Part shown: piece by piece, positions 1 to 10,686 of the stretch
Layout of the letters: each line of letters begins with the position of its first letter
Numbering within the stretch: position 1 is the first letter of the stretch
DNA from: Cryomorphaceae bacterium
Lineage (GTDB): Bacteria > Bacteroidota > Bacteroidia > Flavobacteriales > UBA7312
Assembly: GCA_042091225.1 (NCBI GenBank)
Contig: JBELHW010000007.1
Span: 1-59,151, forward strand
Direction of reading: 5' to 3'
Length of the DNA: 59,151 nucleotides
Made by a program: the position numbers and the translations under genes
Notes under the pieces: generated by a model
Seen by the model: only the letters and a program-made list of their open reading frames with translations
What the model was told of the DNA's origin: nothing
Database searches by the model: none

Positions 1-1
1 C

Positions 2-2836
2 AAGTTGATCGGTAGCAGTTAAAGTATAAACACCTGCACTTAAATTTGTAGCATTAATGGTAGTTTGAGCATTAGGGTCGTCCCACAAATATTGAAATAC
101 AGAGGAAGGATTGGCATTTGTAAGCGTTACCGAAATCTGACCTTGACTAGATCCGTAACATATTATATTGGTCAATGTACTTACCAATTGTGGCTCTGTA
201 ATTTGAAAATCAATTTCAATACCACAATTATTGTTATCGCTAATGGCAACAGAATAATCCCCGGCAGTAAGGTTTTCAATCGAATTAGTAATCTCACCTG
301 TCGACCACAAGGTAGAATAGGAAGGAGTTCCTCCATTAATTGAAACAGAAGCCCCTCCTATATCTTCACCACTACAACCCAAATTGATTGCATTGATATT
401 AGCTAATAGTTGGGTAGGCTGATTAAGCGACTGGTTGACAAAAGCCGAAATACAACCATTTTGATCTTGAACATATATGTCGTACGAATTTGCCGATAAG
501 TTACTTACCGAATAAGGATTTTGATTATTACTATTAAACAAAGAAGAAACAAAATAAGAATAATTTCCTACTCCACCTTGTGCGCTAATAGTAAGCTCCC
601 CATCAGAGCCATTAAAACAACTAATAGGGTTTGATTCAACTACATTTACAATTTGTAATTGACTTGGTTCTGTTATTGTCAAATTCTGGGAAGATGATAA
701 ACAATTGTTTTGATCAGAAACTACAATGGAGTAATTTCCAGGAGATAAATTCTGAACTTGGCCATTTAATGGAACAAATGCGCCACTTGAGTTTAACTCA
801 TAAAGGTAGTTGCCTGTTCCTCCTTGAGCATTTATATTAATAATTGCATCGTTAGATTGGAAACAACTGACATTAAAACCTAAATAATCTGAAATTACCG
901 AAGCATTAAAGCTAACAGCTTGAGGCTGGGCCAGATTATAGGATACAGTATTAGTGCAATTATTTTGATCCTGAACTACGATATTATAATTTGTAGACGA
1001 AAGAGCTGAGAAGACGCCAGAGTTCTGAAAGTTTAGACCGTTATCGATAGAATAAACATAATTAGGCGTTCCACCATTAGCTTGAATAGTTATTTGACCA
1101 TCGCTAAGACCGTTACAACTTATCGGTAAAGTGTTAATTACAGGATCAATATCAAGAGCTAAAGGTTGTGATATATTATGAATAAAATCAGCTGACTGAC
1201 ATCCATTTTCATCTTGAGCAATTATAGTGTATGCTCCTGCAGATAGTAAATTTATAGCGTTTGAAGAATAAGGAAATGTAAATCCGCCGTCTATACTATA
1301 TATATAATTGGAAGATCCGCCAGAAGCATCAATTTCAATACTTGCATCGAATGCATTAAAACAACTAACTTGATTACCATTATAATTGGAAGTAGTTGTT
1401 ACACTGTTAATTACTACTATTGTTGGCTCGTTTACCGGAAAGTTAGTGGATAGTTCACAGTTGTTTATATCCGTTATTGAAACACCAGCATTACCAGCGC
1501 ATACCCCTTGAACAATATTATTATTTCCATTATCAAAACTATTAACCGAATAAATATAAGGAGCTGTTCCGCCGTTTGCAGTTATAGTAAGCTCAGCATC
1601 ACAAGCATTAAAACAACTTATGTCAAAACTATTATAATCGGATGTAACTTGTACATTAGCAATAGAAATTGGTTCAGGTTCTTCAATCTCATAAGAAACA
1701 GGAGCTGATTCACATCCTATGCCGTCGATTGCAACTATATCGTAGGTGTCGGCTGATAAATTAGAAATTACATTTGAAGCTGAAACACTAGTTGTTCCGG
1801 TAAGTAAATCGGTGTATTCAAAAGTGTAGGATGTTGGGTCTCCACCAAATGGAGTTAACGTTATTTCTCCATCACTTGCAGCGGCACAAGAAATATCCTG
1901 GCCATTATAATCAGAAGTAATTAGTCCACTAAAAGTTACATCTCCAGGAGAATTAATGGTCACTTCATATTGCTCATATACATATTGAGGAGCTAATGCT
2001 GCGTCTCTTGCCCATACATTATAATCTCCTGCAGGTAAATTAGCATAATTAAGATCAGAAGTCCACGGACCTGCTAAGCCGTTTATGGAAAACTCCACTC
2101 CTACAGGAGCGTCTATATTTGGGGTAATATCTAACTGGCCGTCTGCTAATCCATTACAACCCTCATCTGTTACGCTAATGTTGTCTATGTAACCTGTTAC
2201 AACCAAAGTATAATCTTCTGTTTCCCCTCTAGGATAGGTGCCTGTAGAACCCGAATTAGGCAATCCCCAAATAAAAGTAGATGTACCAACTCTTCTATAT
2301 ACAATTCGCATTCTTAATTCTCCAGTTACGGCGTCCAAAGGAATAACAAAACTTGTATTAAAAACAGGTTCATCTACTTGAACATAACCATCTACATCAT
2401 TAGAAACATAAACTTGTTCCCCAACATCAGTAAAATCTCCGTCATCGTTAAAATCAACAAAAACTTTTATGGCTCTATTAGGATTACCAGAGTTTGAAAA
2501 GTTGCTGGAGCAAAATCCACCAACTACCTGAAGATAGTACGTTTGACTTTTCACCACTCCAGTAGAAAACTGATTGTTGGTAAGATTTCCATCTAAATTG
2601 GAGCTATTTCCTACAGTAAAATCACTGTATCCAGTACAGGTAGAGTTTAAAAGTCCGTTGATAGACGGATTGTTAATGTCTTCATCACTGTAAGGCAAAG
2701 AACCGAAATTAACTCTTGCTATAACTTCTGAGTTTGGAGCGTTATATGAGGAGGCAGAAGAAGAACCATACGATTGAGCTAAAGCATCCAAGCTTAAGAC
2801 AATTAGAAAAAGGAATATTGGCGTTATTCTGAACAT
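2..2836 (-). CDS. Large secreted adhesin-like protein: signal peptide, GEVED domain, SprB-type repeats; 3' end runs off the window (absent from ORF track)
   Basis: Hand translation from ATG at 2836: MFRITPIFLFLIVLSLDALAQ signal peptide; 'VFVDFNDDGDFTDVGEQV...LRMRIVY...RGETEDYTL' (GEVED); then repeats such as 'IICYGSSQGQISVT...FQYLWDDPNAQTTINATNLSAGVYTLTATDQ'. Both ends read in the same frame; the middle was not fully translated. Confidence 0.88.
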   Translation of the reverse strand, partial: MFRITPIFLFLIVLSLDALAQSYGSSSASSYNAPNSEVIARVNFGSLPYSDEDINNPSINGLLNSTCTGYSDFTVGNSSNLDGNLTNNQFSTGVVKSQTYYLQVVGGFCSSNFSNSGNPNRAIKVFVDFNDDGDFTDVGEQVYVSNDVDGYVQVDEPVFNTSFVIPLDAVTGELRMRIVYRRVGTSTFIWGLPNSGSTGTYPRGETEDYTLVVTGYIDNISVTDEGCNGLADGQLDITPNIDAPVGVEFSINGLAGPWTSDLNYANLPAGDYNVWARDAALAPQYVYEQYEVTINSPGDVTFSGLITSDYNGQDISCAAASDGEITLTPFGGDPTSYTFEYTDLLTGTTSVSASNVISNLSADTYDIVAIDGIGCESAPVSYEIEEPEPISIANVQVTSDYNSFDISCFNACDAELTITANGGTAPYIYSVNSFDNGNNNIVQGVCAGNAGVSITDINNCELSTNFPVNEPTIVVINSVTTTSNYNGNQVSCFNAFDASIEIDASGGSSNYIYSIDGGFTFPYSSNAINLLSAGAYTIIAQDENGCQSADFIHNISQPLALDIDPVINTLPISCNGLSDGQITIQANGGTPNYVYSIDNGLNFQNSGVFSALSSTNYNIVVQDQNNCTNTVSYNLAQPQAVSFNASVISDYLGFNVSCFQSNDAIININAQGGTGNYLYELNSSGAFVPLNGQVQNLSPGNYSIVVSDQNNCLSSSQNLTITEPSQLQIVNVVESNPISCFNGSDGELTISAQGGVGNYSYFVSSLFNSNNQNPYSVSNLSANSYDIYVQDQNGCISAFVNQSLNQPTQLLANINAINLGCSGEDIGGASVSINGGTPSYSTLWSTGEITNSIENLTAGDYSVAISDNNNCGIEIDFQITEPQLVSTLTNIICYGSSQGQISVTLTNANPSSVFQYLWDDPNAQTTINATNLSAGVYTLTATDQL

Positions 2837-2857
2837 TTGTTAGGTAAGGTTAATCAA

Positions 2858-2865
2858 CAAAGATA
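2858..2865 (-). promoter_or_regulatory. Bacteroidota sigma-A -7 box (TATCTTTG) upstream of the adhesin gene
   Basis: Exact TAnnTTTG match 22 nt upstream of the ATG. Confidence 0.6.
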
Positions 2866-2969
2866 GTAATAAATAGCAAGTTTTCAAATTATTCTTAGAT
2901 AGGGAAACAAAAAATGAGGGGTAAATAATCTAAAAATTCTGAATACCAATCGATTATAGTGAAAAACAA

Positions 2970-3003
2970 AAAAATAGACCTGTTAATAAAACAGGTCTAT
3001 TTT
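2970..3003 (-). terminator. Intrinsic terminator downstream of tRNA-Cys
   Basis: Inverted repeat AAAATAGACCTGTT / AACAGGTCTATTTT with a U-run on the - strand. Confidence 0.85.
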
Positions 3004-3004
3004 G

Positions 3005-3075
3005 AGGTCTCGAGCGGATTCGAACCGCTGTAGATGGTGTTGCAGACCACTGCCTAGCCACTCGGCCACGAGACC
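3005..3075 (-). tRNA. tRNA-Cys (GCA)
   Basis: Reverse complement GGTCTCGTGGCCGAGTGGCTAGGCAGTGGTCTGCAACACCATCTACAGCGGTTCGAATCCGCTCGAGACCT folds to a cloverleaf; anticodon GCA, GTTCGAATC T-loop; CCA not encoded. Confidence 0.96.
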
Positions 3076-3113
3076 ATTTAAAAGGATGGCGAATTTAATA
3101 CTTTTTTAATTAG

Positions 3114-3476
3114 TTATACAACTTTTTTATAAATCTCTTTAATCGTAACCCTCTCTACATCACCATTAATAGGAGGGTTTAATTTAGATATACTTACCGA
3201 TAAATAATCTATCTGAGTATGATTTTTTGTTAAACGATTAATAATTCTGTATGCTACCGTTTCTAATAATTTAGAAGGAATAGCCATCTCTTGTTTTACA
3301 ACCTTATTTACTTCAACATAATCTATTGTTTTGGATAAATCGTCCGAAATAGCGCTCAAACTTAAATCCGTTTCAATATCAATATTTACAATATAATCGG
3401 AGCCGATAAGAGTCTCTTGCTCTAAGCATCCGTGGTAACTGTAAAGCCTTATGTCTTGTACCGAAATTAATCCCAT
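3114..3476 (-). CDS. folB: Dihydroneopterin aldolase
   Basis: 'YSYHGC..QE', 'DDLSKTIDY', 'LLETVA', 'KLNPPI' motifs; 120 aa. Confidence 0.95.
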   Translation of the reverse strand: MGLISVQDIRLYSYHGCLEQETLIGSDYIVNIDIETDLSLSAISDDLSKTIDYVEVNKVVKQEMAIPSKLLETVAYRIINRLTKNHTQIDYLSVSISKLNPPINGDVERVTIKEIYKKVV

Positions 3477-4985
3477 TTAACTGTTTCTTTCTATTGCTAA
3501 CTTAATTCTATTAATCACTTCTTTTTTGCCTAAAATTGAGCAAATATGATACATAGAAGGGCCCATTCCTAAACCTGTTATAGAAAGTCTGAAGGTTGGC
3601 AAAACAGCACCAAACCCTAATTCTTTTTCTTGTAAAAAAGCCTTAAAGCTTGCCTCTATAGTGTCAGGGTCGAAACTAGTAGTAGAGTTAAGCACCTCTA
3701 TTAACTGATTTAAAATTTCAGGGGTTGTTTCTTTCCATTTCTTACGAAGTGTCTTTTCGTCATATTGAGTAGGAGCTTCAAAAAAGAACTTACTTTCGTT
3801 ATAAATATCTTTTACAAAAGTCGCCCTTTCTTTCATTAACTGACAAATAACACTTAAGTCTTCATTATTTGGATTTTGATCAAATAAAGGAGAAACCAAA
3901 TCACTTAATTCTTTTCCGTCTTTCGCCCTCAGATATTGTTGGTTAAACCATTTTGTTTTATCAAAATCAAATTTTGCTCCAGCTTTACCAACTCTATCAA
4001 GACTAAAGGACTCAATAAGTTCATCCATTGAAAAAATCTCTTGAGTAGTTCCCGGGTTCCAACCTAAAAAAGCCAACATATTTGTAAATGCTTCTTTAAA
4101 GTATCCCTCTTCTCTGTATCCCATAGAAACTTCATTTGTTTCGGGGTTTTTCCATTCTATAGGAAAAACAGGAAAACCCAAACGATCCCCATCTCTTTTA
4201 CTTAACTTACCATTTCCATCTGGCTTAAGAATTAATGGTAAATGGGCAAATTCTGGCGCTTGCCAATCGAAAAAGCGATACAGCAAAACATGAAGCGGGG
4301 CCGAGGGTAACCACTCTTCTCCTCTAATAACATGAGATATTTTCATTAGATAGTCGTCCACTACATTAGCTAAGTGGTAGGTTGGCATGCCGTCCGATTT
4401 AAAAATAACTTTATCGTCTAAATTATTGGTATTAACTACCACCCATCCTCTAATTATATCTTGAAACTTTACCTCCTCGTTCCTTGGCATTTTTACACGA
4501 ACGACATAAGGTTCGTTATTGTCCAATCTTGCCTTAACCTCATCTTGAGATAAGGACAAGGAATTTTGCATAGATGTTCTGGTGATAGCGTTATATTGAG
4601 GCGATGGTACTCCCGCTTGTTTCATTCTTTCACGCATTTGCTCTAACTCTTGAGTAGTGTCAAAAGCAATATATGCGTTTCCACTCTGCAAGAGCTTATC
4701 TGCATACTCTTTATATATATGCTTTCTGTCGGACTGTCGGTATGGACCATCATCGCCAGATTTACCAACTCCTTGATCAACAATAATTTTACACCAGTCT
4801 AGAGCATCTATAATATATTGCTCTGCTCCTGGCACATATCTATTTTGATCGGTATCTTCGATTCGAAGAATAAAGTCTCCACCATGTTTTTTAGCAAATA
4901 AATAATTATATAGTGCCGTACGAACGCCCCCCATATGCAAAGGCCCTGTTGGGCTTGGAGCAAAACGAACTCTTACCTTGTTCAT
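3477..4985 (-). CDS. gltX: Glutamate--tRNA ligase
   Basis: 'VRVRFAPSPTGPLHMGG' (HIGH), 'LRIEDTDQ', 'KLSKR' (KMSKS). Confidence 0.98.
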   Translation of the reverse strand: MNKVRVRFAPSPTGPLHMGGVRTALYNYLFAKKHGGDFILRIEDTDQNRYVPGAEQYIIDALDWCKIIVDQGVGKSGDDGPYRQSDRKHIYKEYADKLLQSGNAYIAFDTTQELEQMRERMKQAGVPSPQYNAITRTSMQNSLSLSQDEVKARLDNNEPYVVRVKMPRNEEVKFQDIIRGWVVVNTNNLDDKVIFKSDGMPTYHLANVVDDYLMKISHVIRGEEWLPSAPLHVLLYRFFDWQAPEFAHLPLILKPDGNGKLSKRDGDRLGFPVFPIEWKNPETNEVSMGYREEGYFKEAFTNMLAFLGWNPGTTQEIFSMDELIESFSLDRVGKAGAKFDFDKTKWFNQQYLRAKDGKELSDLVSPLFDQNPNNEDLSVICQLMKERATFVKDIYNESKFFFEAPTQYDEKTLRKKWKETTPEILNQLIEVLNSTTSFDPDTIEASFKAFLQEKELGFGAVLPTFRLSITGLGMGPSMYHICSILGKKEVINRIKLAIERNS

Positions 4986-5006
4986 AAATGTCTAATTTAG
5001 TGGAGC

Positions 5007-5067
5007 CAAAGATACATTTTAATCAAATATGACAAAGCGTTCAGTTAGAACTAAAATCATACCTTTG
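5007..5067. promoter_or_regulatory. Divergent promoter pair: TATCTTTG (- strand, 5007-5014, gltX) and TACCTTTG (+ strand, 5060-5067)
   Basis: Two exact TAnnTTTG matches in the 86 bp divergent intergenic region. Confidence 0.6.
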
Positions 5068-5071
5068 TAAT

Positions 5072-8000
5072 GTGAAAGAGAGAAATTCATTAATTGACAA
5101 ATTAGAAGAATTTATTAATAAATATTATCGAAATTTATTAATAAAAGGGCTGCTTTTTTTTAGTGCTAGCTTCACTATATTTTTTATCTTCTTTTCTTTT
5201 CTAGAGTTTTTAATACGTTTTGAAAGCCCATTTAGAAGCATCCTTTTTTGGCTTTTTATAGTTATAAATAGTATTGTTTTCTACAAATGGATTATTATAC
5301 CGTTGTTAGGCTTTTATAGAATAGGAAAATCATTGAGCCATAAAGAAGCGGCAAGAGTTATTGGGCTTTATTTTAGCGACGTGCAAGATAAGCTCCTAAA
5401 TATTTTGCAGCTTCGGGAAATTAGCCAAAGTCAAAACGAGCTTATCGAAGCCAGCATAGAGCAAAAATCGGAAGAATTAAAAAGCTTGCGATTTTCTAAC
5501 GCAGTCGATTACAAGCAAAACTTTAAGTACATAAAATATGCAGCAATCCCAATCCTAATAATTGCAAGCTTACTTATAAGTGGAAACAAGGAGGTATTGG
5601 TCGATAGTTCGGAACGAATATTGTCTTTTAACACAGAGTTTGTTGAAGAAGCTCCTTTTCAATTCGAAATTCAAAATAAATCATTAAAAGTTATTGAAGG
5701 AGAAAACCTAAATTTAGAAGTTGTTCTTAAAGGCCAAGAAATTCCTAATGAAGTAGAAATTGAATACGACAATGGTAAATCGTATTTTATGAGTTCTAAA
5801 CGAAAAGGAAGTTTTGAGTTCGAATTAAAAAACTTACAAAAATCATTTAACTTCAGGTTAAAAGCTAGTACATTTTACTCCGATATGTTCTTGCTTGAAG
5901 TATTGCCAAAACCCAATATTATCGAATTCGTTACTCTAATTTCTCCCCCAAAATACCTAAATAAAGAAAAAGAAAAATTTCAAAATAAAGGAAATTTATT
6001 TATTGCTGAAGGAAGTGTTGTAAGCTGGGAGCTGAAAACAAAAAATACTACTAAACTATCCATATGCTTTCAAAACGATAAGCCAATTGATGTAAAACAA
6101 ATCAATGAAAATACTTTTTCAATAAAGAAAAAGATTAGCGACTCTCAAGAATATAAAATTATAGCAAATAATCCATTTGCAAATGGAGATAGCCTAGTTT
6201 ATAATATAAATGTTGTAAAAGATAAATTTCCCTATATTCAAATAGAAGAATATAGAGATAGTGCCAATAGTAATATTAGATTTATAAGCGGGCAAATAAG
6301 CGACGATTATGGACTAAAAAAACTTAGCTTTAATTTCCGTTCGTTCGAGCAAGAAAGCCAATGGGATTCAAGGCAATTAGCAATAGATTATAACCTAAGC
6401 TCACAAATGTTTTCTTATCTGATCAATTTTGACTCTTTAAGAGTTAAACCTGGTGAAGGTGTAGAGTATTATTTCGAAGTATGGGATAACGATCAGATAA
6501 ATGGATCAAAATCTTCTAGGTCAACTAAAAAACAATATTTAGCTCCTACTAAAGAAGATCAGGAACAAGAAATTAATTCTCAAAATGAAAGTCTCAAACA
6601 AAAAATGGAGCAAAGTCAAAAACTGGCTGCCCAAATCCAAAAAGACTTAGAAGAATTAAAAAAACAACTACTTAAAGAAAAAGAAATAAGCTGGGAGCAA
6701 AAAAATAAAGCCAAAGAAATTGTAAAAAAACAAGAAGAGCTTAAAAAACAAATACAAGATATTAAGCAACAACAAGCACAATCGCAACAAAAAGACAATA
6801 GATTAAATAGCAAAAGTGAGGATCTTTTAAAAAAACAAAAACAAATTCAACAACTTTTCGAAAATATCATGGATCAAGAAATGAAAGACTTGATGGACGA
6901 TTTAAATGAAAAAATGGATAATATTGATAAGGAAGAATTAAAAAACCTTATTGATGAAGTGCAACAAGACGATCAGGACGTAGAAAAAGAATTAGACCGA
7001 ACATTAGAGCTTTTTAAGCAAATGGAGCTAGAACAAAAACTAGAAAAAAATGCTAACCAACTAGAAAAATTAGCCCAAAAACAAAAAGAATTAGCCCAAA
7101 AAACCTTAGATAAAAAACAAGACACAGCACAAATAAATAAAGAACAAAAAGAAATACAAAAAGAATTTGAAAATATTCAAAATGAATTAGACCAAGCTCA
7201 AAAATTAAATCAAGAACTCGAAAACAAAAGAGATATTCCTGACACTAAAAGCCTAGAGCAAAACATAAGTCAACAAATAAAAGAAAGCCTTGAAAAGCTT
7301 GAAAAAAACTTAAAAAAACAAGCGGCAAAATCTCAAGAAGAGGCAGCAAAGGAAATGCATGAAATGAGCCAGTCTATTCAAGAGTCTATGGCTCAAGAAG
7401 AAGCCGAAACAGTAGCTGAAGATATGGAAACGTTAAGACAAATTCTTGAAAATTTAATTAGCCTTTCTTTCGATCAAGAAGAGCTTATAGAAAATCTTTA
7501 CGACGTTAAATTTAATAGCCCAATTTATACCCAATACCTAAGAGGCCAAAATAAATTAATAGACGATGCTCAAATTATCGAAGACAGCCTATTTGCACTT
7601 AGCAAAAGACAGCCACAAGTAGAGTCTGTTATTAATTCCGAAATAAATAACATGAACGCTAATATGGAAAAAGCCCTTTCGTTTATGGAAGAAAGAAAAT
7701 CCTCTGAGGCTTCAGCCAAGCAGCAATTTGCAATGACATCTGCCAACAACCTAGCTCTATTGTTGTCTGAGGTGCTAGAACAAATGCAAAAACAAATGTC
7801 TAAAAGCAACCCTAACCCAAGCAACAAAATGTGCAACAAACCTAAGAGCTTAGGCGGGGAGTCCATGAAAAAAATGAAACAAATGCAAAAAGCATTAAAA
7901 GAACAAATGAAAAGCATGCTTCAAGGAAATAAAGGCCAAAAAGGGAAAAATAAAAAAGGAGGAAAGCAAAGCGAAAAAATTGCTAAAATGGCAGCTCAAC

Positions 8001-8392
8001 AAGAGCAAATAAGAAATAGAATGAACGAAATTAGAAATGAACTTAGTGGAGACCAAGACAGTAAAAATAATATCGACAAAGTATTACAAGAAATGGAAAA
8101 AACACAAAGTGATATCATTAATAATAACATTACCCAAAGCACACTACTAAGGCAAGAACAAATAATAAATCGATTATTAGAAGCTGAAAAAGCGCAGTTA
8201 GAAAGAGACAAAGAAAAACAAAGAGAATCTAATGAATGGTTACAAAACCTTTCTCAAAAATTAAGCGACCCATATCAAGAATATATAAAACAAAAGAAAA
8301 ATCAGCAAGAACTTTTGAGAACCATTCCTCCGACACTCACCCCTTTTTACAAAAACAAAGTCAATCAATACTTTAAAAATGACCAACAATAA
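5072..8392 (+). CDS. DUF4175-like membrane-anchored protein with long C-terminal coiled coil
   Basis: N-terminal TM helices, 'DDYGLKKL' and 'YYFEVWDNDQINGSKSSRS' motifs, Q/E/K-rich coiled coil; usual gltX/ybeY/mnmG neighbour in Bacteroidota. Confidence 0.75.
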   Translation: MKERNSLIDKLEEFINKYYRNLLIKGLLFFSASFTIFFIFFSFLEFLIRFESPFRSILFWLFIVINSIVFYKWIIIPLLGFYRIGKSLSHKEAARVIGLYFSDVQDKLLNILQLREISQSQNELIEASIEQKSEELKSLRFSNAVDYKQNFKYIKYAAIPILIIASLLISGNKEVLVDSSERILSFNTEFVEEAPFQFEIQNKSLKVIEGENLNLEVVLKGQEIPNEVEIEYDNGKSYFMSSKRKGSFEFELKNLQKSFNFRLKASTFYSDMFLLEVLPKPNIIEFVTLISPPKYLNKEKEKFQNKGNLFIAEGSVVSWELKTKNTTKLSICFQNDKPIDVKQINENTFSIKKKISDSQEYKIIANNPFANGDSLVYNINVVKDKFPYIQIEEYRDSANSNIRFISGQISDDYGLKKLSFNFRSFEQESQWDSRQLAIDYNLSSQMFSYLINFDSLRVKPGEGVEYYFEVWDNDQINGSKSSRSTKKQYLAPTKEDQEQEINSQNESLKQKMEQSQKLAAQIQKDLEELKKQLLKEKEISWEQKNKAKEIVKKQEELKKQIQDIKQQQAQSQQKDNRLNSKSEDLLKKQKQIQQLFENIMDQEMKDLMDDLNEKMDNIDKEELKNLIDEVQQDDQDVEKELDRTLELFKQMELEQKLEKNANQLEKLAQKQKELAQKTLDKKQDTAQINKEQKEIQKEFENIQNELDQAQKLNQELENKRDIPDTKSLEQNISQQIKESLEKLEKNLKKQAAKSQEEAAKEMHEMSQSIQESMAQEEAETVAEDMETLRQILENLISLSFDQEELIENLYDVKFNSPIYTQYLRGQNKLIDDAQIIEDSLFALSKRQPQVESVINSEINNMNANMEKALSFMEERKSSEASAKQQFAMTSANNLALLLSEVLEQMQKQMSKSNPNPSNKMCNKPKSLGGESMKKMKQMQKALKEQMKSMLQGNKGQKGKNKKGGKQSEKIAKMAAQQEQIRNRMNEIRNELSGDQDSKNNIDKVLQEMEKTQSDIINNNITQSTLLRQEQIINRLLEAEKAQLERDKEKQRESNEWLQNLSQKLSDPYQEYIKQKKNQQELLRTIPPTLTPFYKNKVNQYFKNDQQ

Positions 8393-8810
8393 GCTATACT
8401 TTCATAGCCAAACCGATTTTGTTTTGAAAAATGAAGACGCAATAAGGGATTGGATTATTTCTTCTATTAATGAAGAAAAAAAACAATTGCAAGAAGTTAA
8501 TATTATCTTTTGCGACGACGATAGCCTTTTACAAAAAAACAAATCTTTTTTAAATCACGATACTCTAACAGACATTATAACATTCGATTACTCCCAGCTA
8601 AAAAATATTGCAGGCGATATATTTATTAGTGTAGAGAGAGTGATTGACAACAGCAAAGATTTTAACGTTACATTTGAACAAGAATTAAATAGAGTGATTA
8701 TTCACGGCTTTTTACATTTATTAGGATATGATGACAAAACAGATGAGGAGCGAAAAATAATGCGAGATAAAGAAAACTATTATTTGCCAAAATTAATTAC
8801 AAACAACTGA
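8379..8810 (+). CDS. ybeY: rRNA maturation endoribonuclease YbeY
   Basis: 'TDIITFDY', 'GDIFIS', 'HGFLHLLGYDD' metal-binding motif. Confidence 0.96.
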   Translation: MTNNKLYFHSQTDFVLKNEDAIRDWIISSINEEKKQLQEVNIIFCDDDSLLQKNKSFLNHDTLTDIITFDYSQLKNIAGDIFISVERVIDNSKDFNVTFEQELNRVIIHGFLHLLGYDDKTDEERKIMRDKENYYLPKLITNN

Positions 8811-8823
8811 TTATAAGATAGTT

Positions 8824-10686
8824 ATGTTTACACAGGAATACGATATTATTGTAGTAGGGGCAGGCCATTCTGGCTGCGAAGCAGCAGCAGCAGCGGCAAA
8901 CCTTGGCTCTAAGGTTTTATTGGTAACAATGAATATACAAACCATTGCCCAAATGTCATGCAATCCGGCAATGGGTGGAGTAGCAAAAGGACAAATAGTA
9001 AGAGAAATAGATGCGTTAGGAGGGTATTCTGGAATCATTACAGACAAAACAATGATTCAGTTTAGGATGCTTAACAGATCGAAAGGACCGGCAATGTGGA
9101 GCCCTAGAGCCCAAAGCGACAGAATGCGCTTTGCTGAACTATGGAGACTAATGTTAGAAAATACGCCAAATGTAGATTTTTGGCAGGATATGGTTACCGA
9201 TTTAATAGTAAAAGACAATAAAGTAAGTGGGGTTATAACCTCAATGGGAATAGAGATAAAAGCAAAGTCGGTAATACTTACTAACGGAACATTTCTAAAC
9301 GGACTAATTCACATTGGAGAAAAGCAATTTGGAGGAGGAAGAAGTGGGGAACGAGCAGCAACTGGACTAACAGAAACACTTGAAAGATTAGGTTTTGAAA
9401 GTGGGAGAATGAAAACAGGAACACCTCCTAGAGTTGACGGAAGGTCACTGGATTTTTCTAAAATGGAAGAACAAGCAGGAGATGAGAATCCAGGACAATT
9501 TTCTTACATGGACACCCCAAAACTTTTAAAACAAAGGAGTTGTCATATAACCTATACCAACCAAGAGGTGCACGACGTTTTAAAAACAGGCTTTGAACAA
9601 TCTCCTATGTTTACTGGAAGAATACAAGGATTAGGACCTAGGTACTGCCCATCAATAGAAGATAAAATAGAACGATTTTCGGAACGAAATAGACACCAAA
9701 TATTTGTAGAACCTGAAGGGTGGGACACTGTAGAAATGTATATTAATGGATTTTCTACTTCTTTACCAGAAAAAATACAACATCAGGCAATTAAATTAAT
9801 CCCAGGATTTGAAAAAGCAAAAATATTTAGGCCAGGATATGCCATAGAGTACGACTATTTCCCTCCTACACAACTTAAATTAAGCTTAGAAACAAAGCTT
9901 GTTGAGAATCTATACTTTGCCGGACAAATTAACGGAACAACGGGCTATGAAGAAGCAGCGTGTCAGGGGTTAATGGCTGGAATAAATGCCCACAGAAAAA
10001 ATAAAGAACTAGACGAATTTACTCTCAAAAGATCACAAGCATATATAGGCGTCTTAATTGACGACTTAGTAACTAAAGGAACGGACGAACCGTACAGAAT
10101 GTTTACATCAAGAGCAGAATATAGAATACTATTAAGGCAAGACAATGCTGACCTAAGACTTACAGAGATTGGTCGAGAAATAGGACTAGTTAGAGACGAT
10201 AGAATGCAAAAGTTAGATGCCAAGCAAAAAAACACAAAGAAGGCAATTACATTCTTTGAAAAGACAAACCTTGACCCTCAAGAAATAAATCCAATACTAC
10301 AGCAAAACCAAAGCGCAACAATTAAACAGAAAACTAGAGCCGCTAAAATACTTAGTAGACCCCAAATTAAAATTGAAGATTTAAAAGACATCGAAAGTGT
10401 AAAAAATCTACAACAAGAAGTATCAAAAGAAGGGCTAGAACAAGCTGAAATTCAAATAAAATACAACGGTTACATTGAAAGAGAAAACGAAACGGTTAAG
10501 AAGATAAGCAAACTAGAAAACATCCGAATACCACAATCTTTTGACTATAAAAAAGTAGCAGCAATATCCTCTGAATCAAGGGAAAAATTAGCTAATATTC
10601 AGCCTACAACTATAGGCCAAGCAACAAGAATTAGTGGAGTCACTCCTTCAGATATAAATGTACTTTTAGTATTTATGGGAAGGTAA
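8824..10686 (+). CDS. mnmG: tRNA uridine-5-carboxymethylaminomethyl(34) synthesis enzyme MnmG (GidA)
   Basis: 'VVGAGHSGCEAA', 'MSCNPAMGG', 'GPRYCPSIEDK', 'GQINGTTGYEEAA'. Confidence 0.98.
   Translation: MFTQEYDIIVVGAGHSGCEAAAAAANLGSKVLLVTMNIQTIAQMSCNPAMGGVAKGQIVREIDALGGYSGIITDKTMIQFRMLNRSKGPAMWSPRAQSDRMRFAELWRLMLENTPNVDFWQDMVTDLIVKDNKVSGVITSMGIEIKAKSVILTNGTFLNGLIHIGEKQFGGGRSGERAATGLTETLERLGFESGRMKTGTPPRVDGRSLDFSKMEEQAGDENPGQFSYMDTPKLLKQRSCHITYTNQEVHDVLKTGFEQSPMFTGRIQGLGPRYCPSIEDKIERFSERNRHQIFVEPEGWDTVEMYINGFSTSLPEKIQHQAIKLIPGFEKAKIFRPGYAIEYDYFPPTQLKLSLETKLVENLYFAGQINGTTGYEEAACQGLMAGINAHRKNKELDEFTLKRSQAYIGVLIDDLVTKGTDEPYRMFTSRAEYRILLRQDNADLRLTEIGREIGLVRDDRMQKLDAKQKNTKKAITFFEKTNLDPQEINPILQQNQSATIKQKTRAAKILSRPQIKIEDLKDIESVKNLQQEVSKEGLEQAEIQIKYNGYIERENETVKKISKLENIRIPQSFDYKKVAAISSESREKLANIQPTTIGQATRISGVTPSDINVLLVFMGR

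Noticed and set aside
65-1708. Short + strand ORFs 65-343, 631-840 and 1508-1708
   Set aside because: Shadow frames opposite the large - strand adhesin gene
7068-7102. Direct repeat AATTAGCCCAAAAA x2
   Set aside because: A coding heptad repeat (LAQK) within a coiled coil; not a CRISPR or mobile-element repeat
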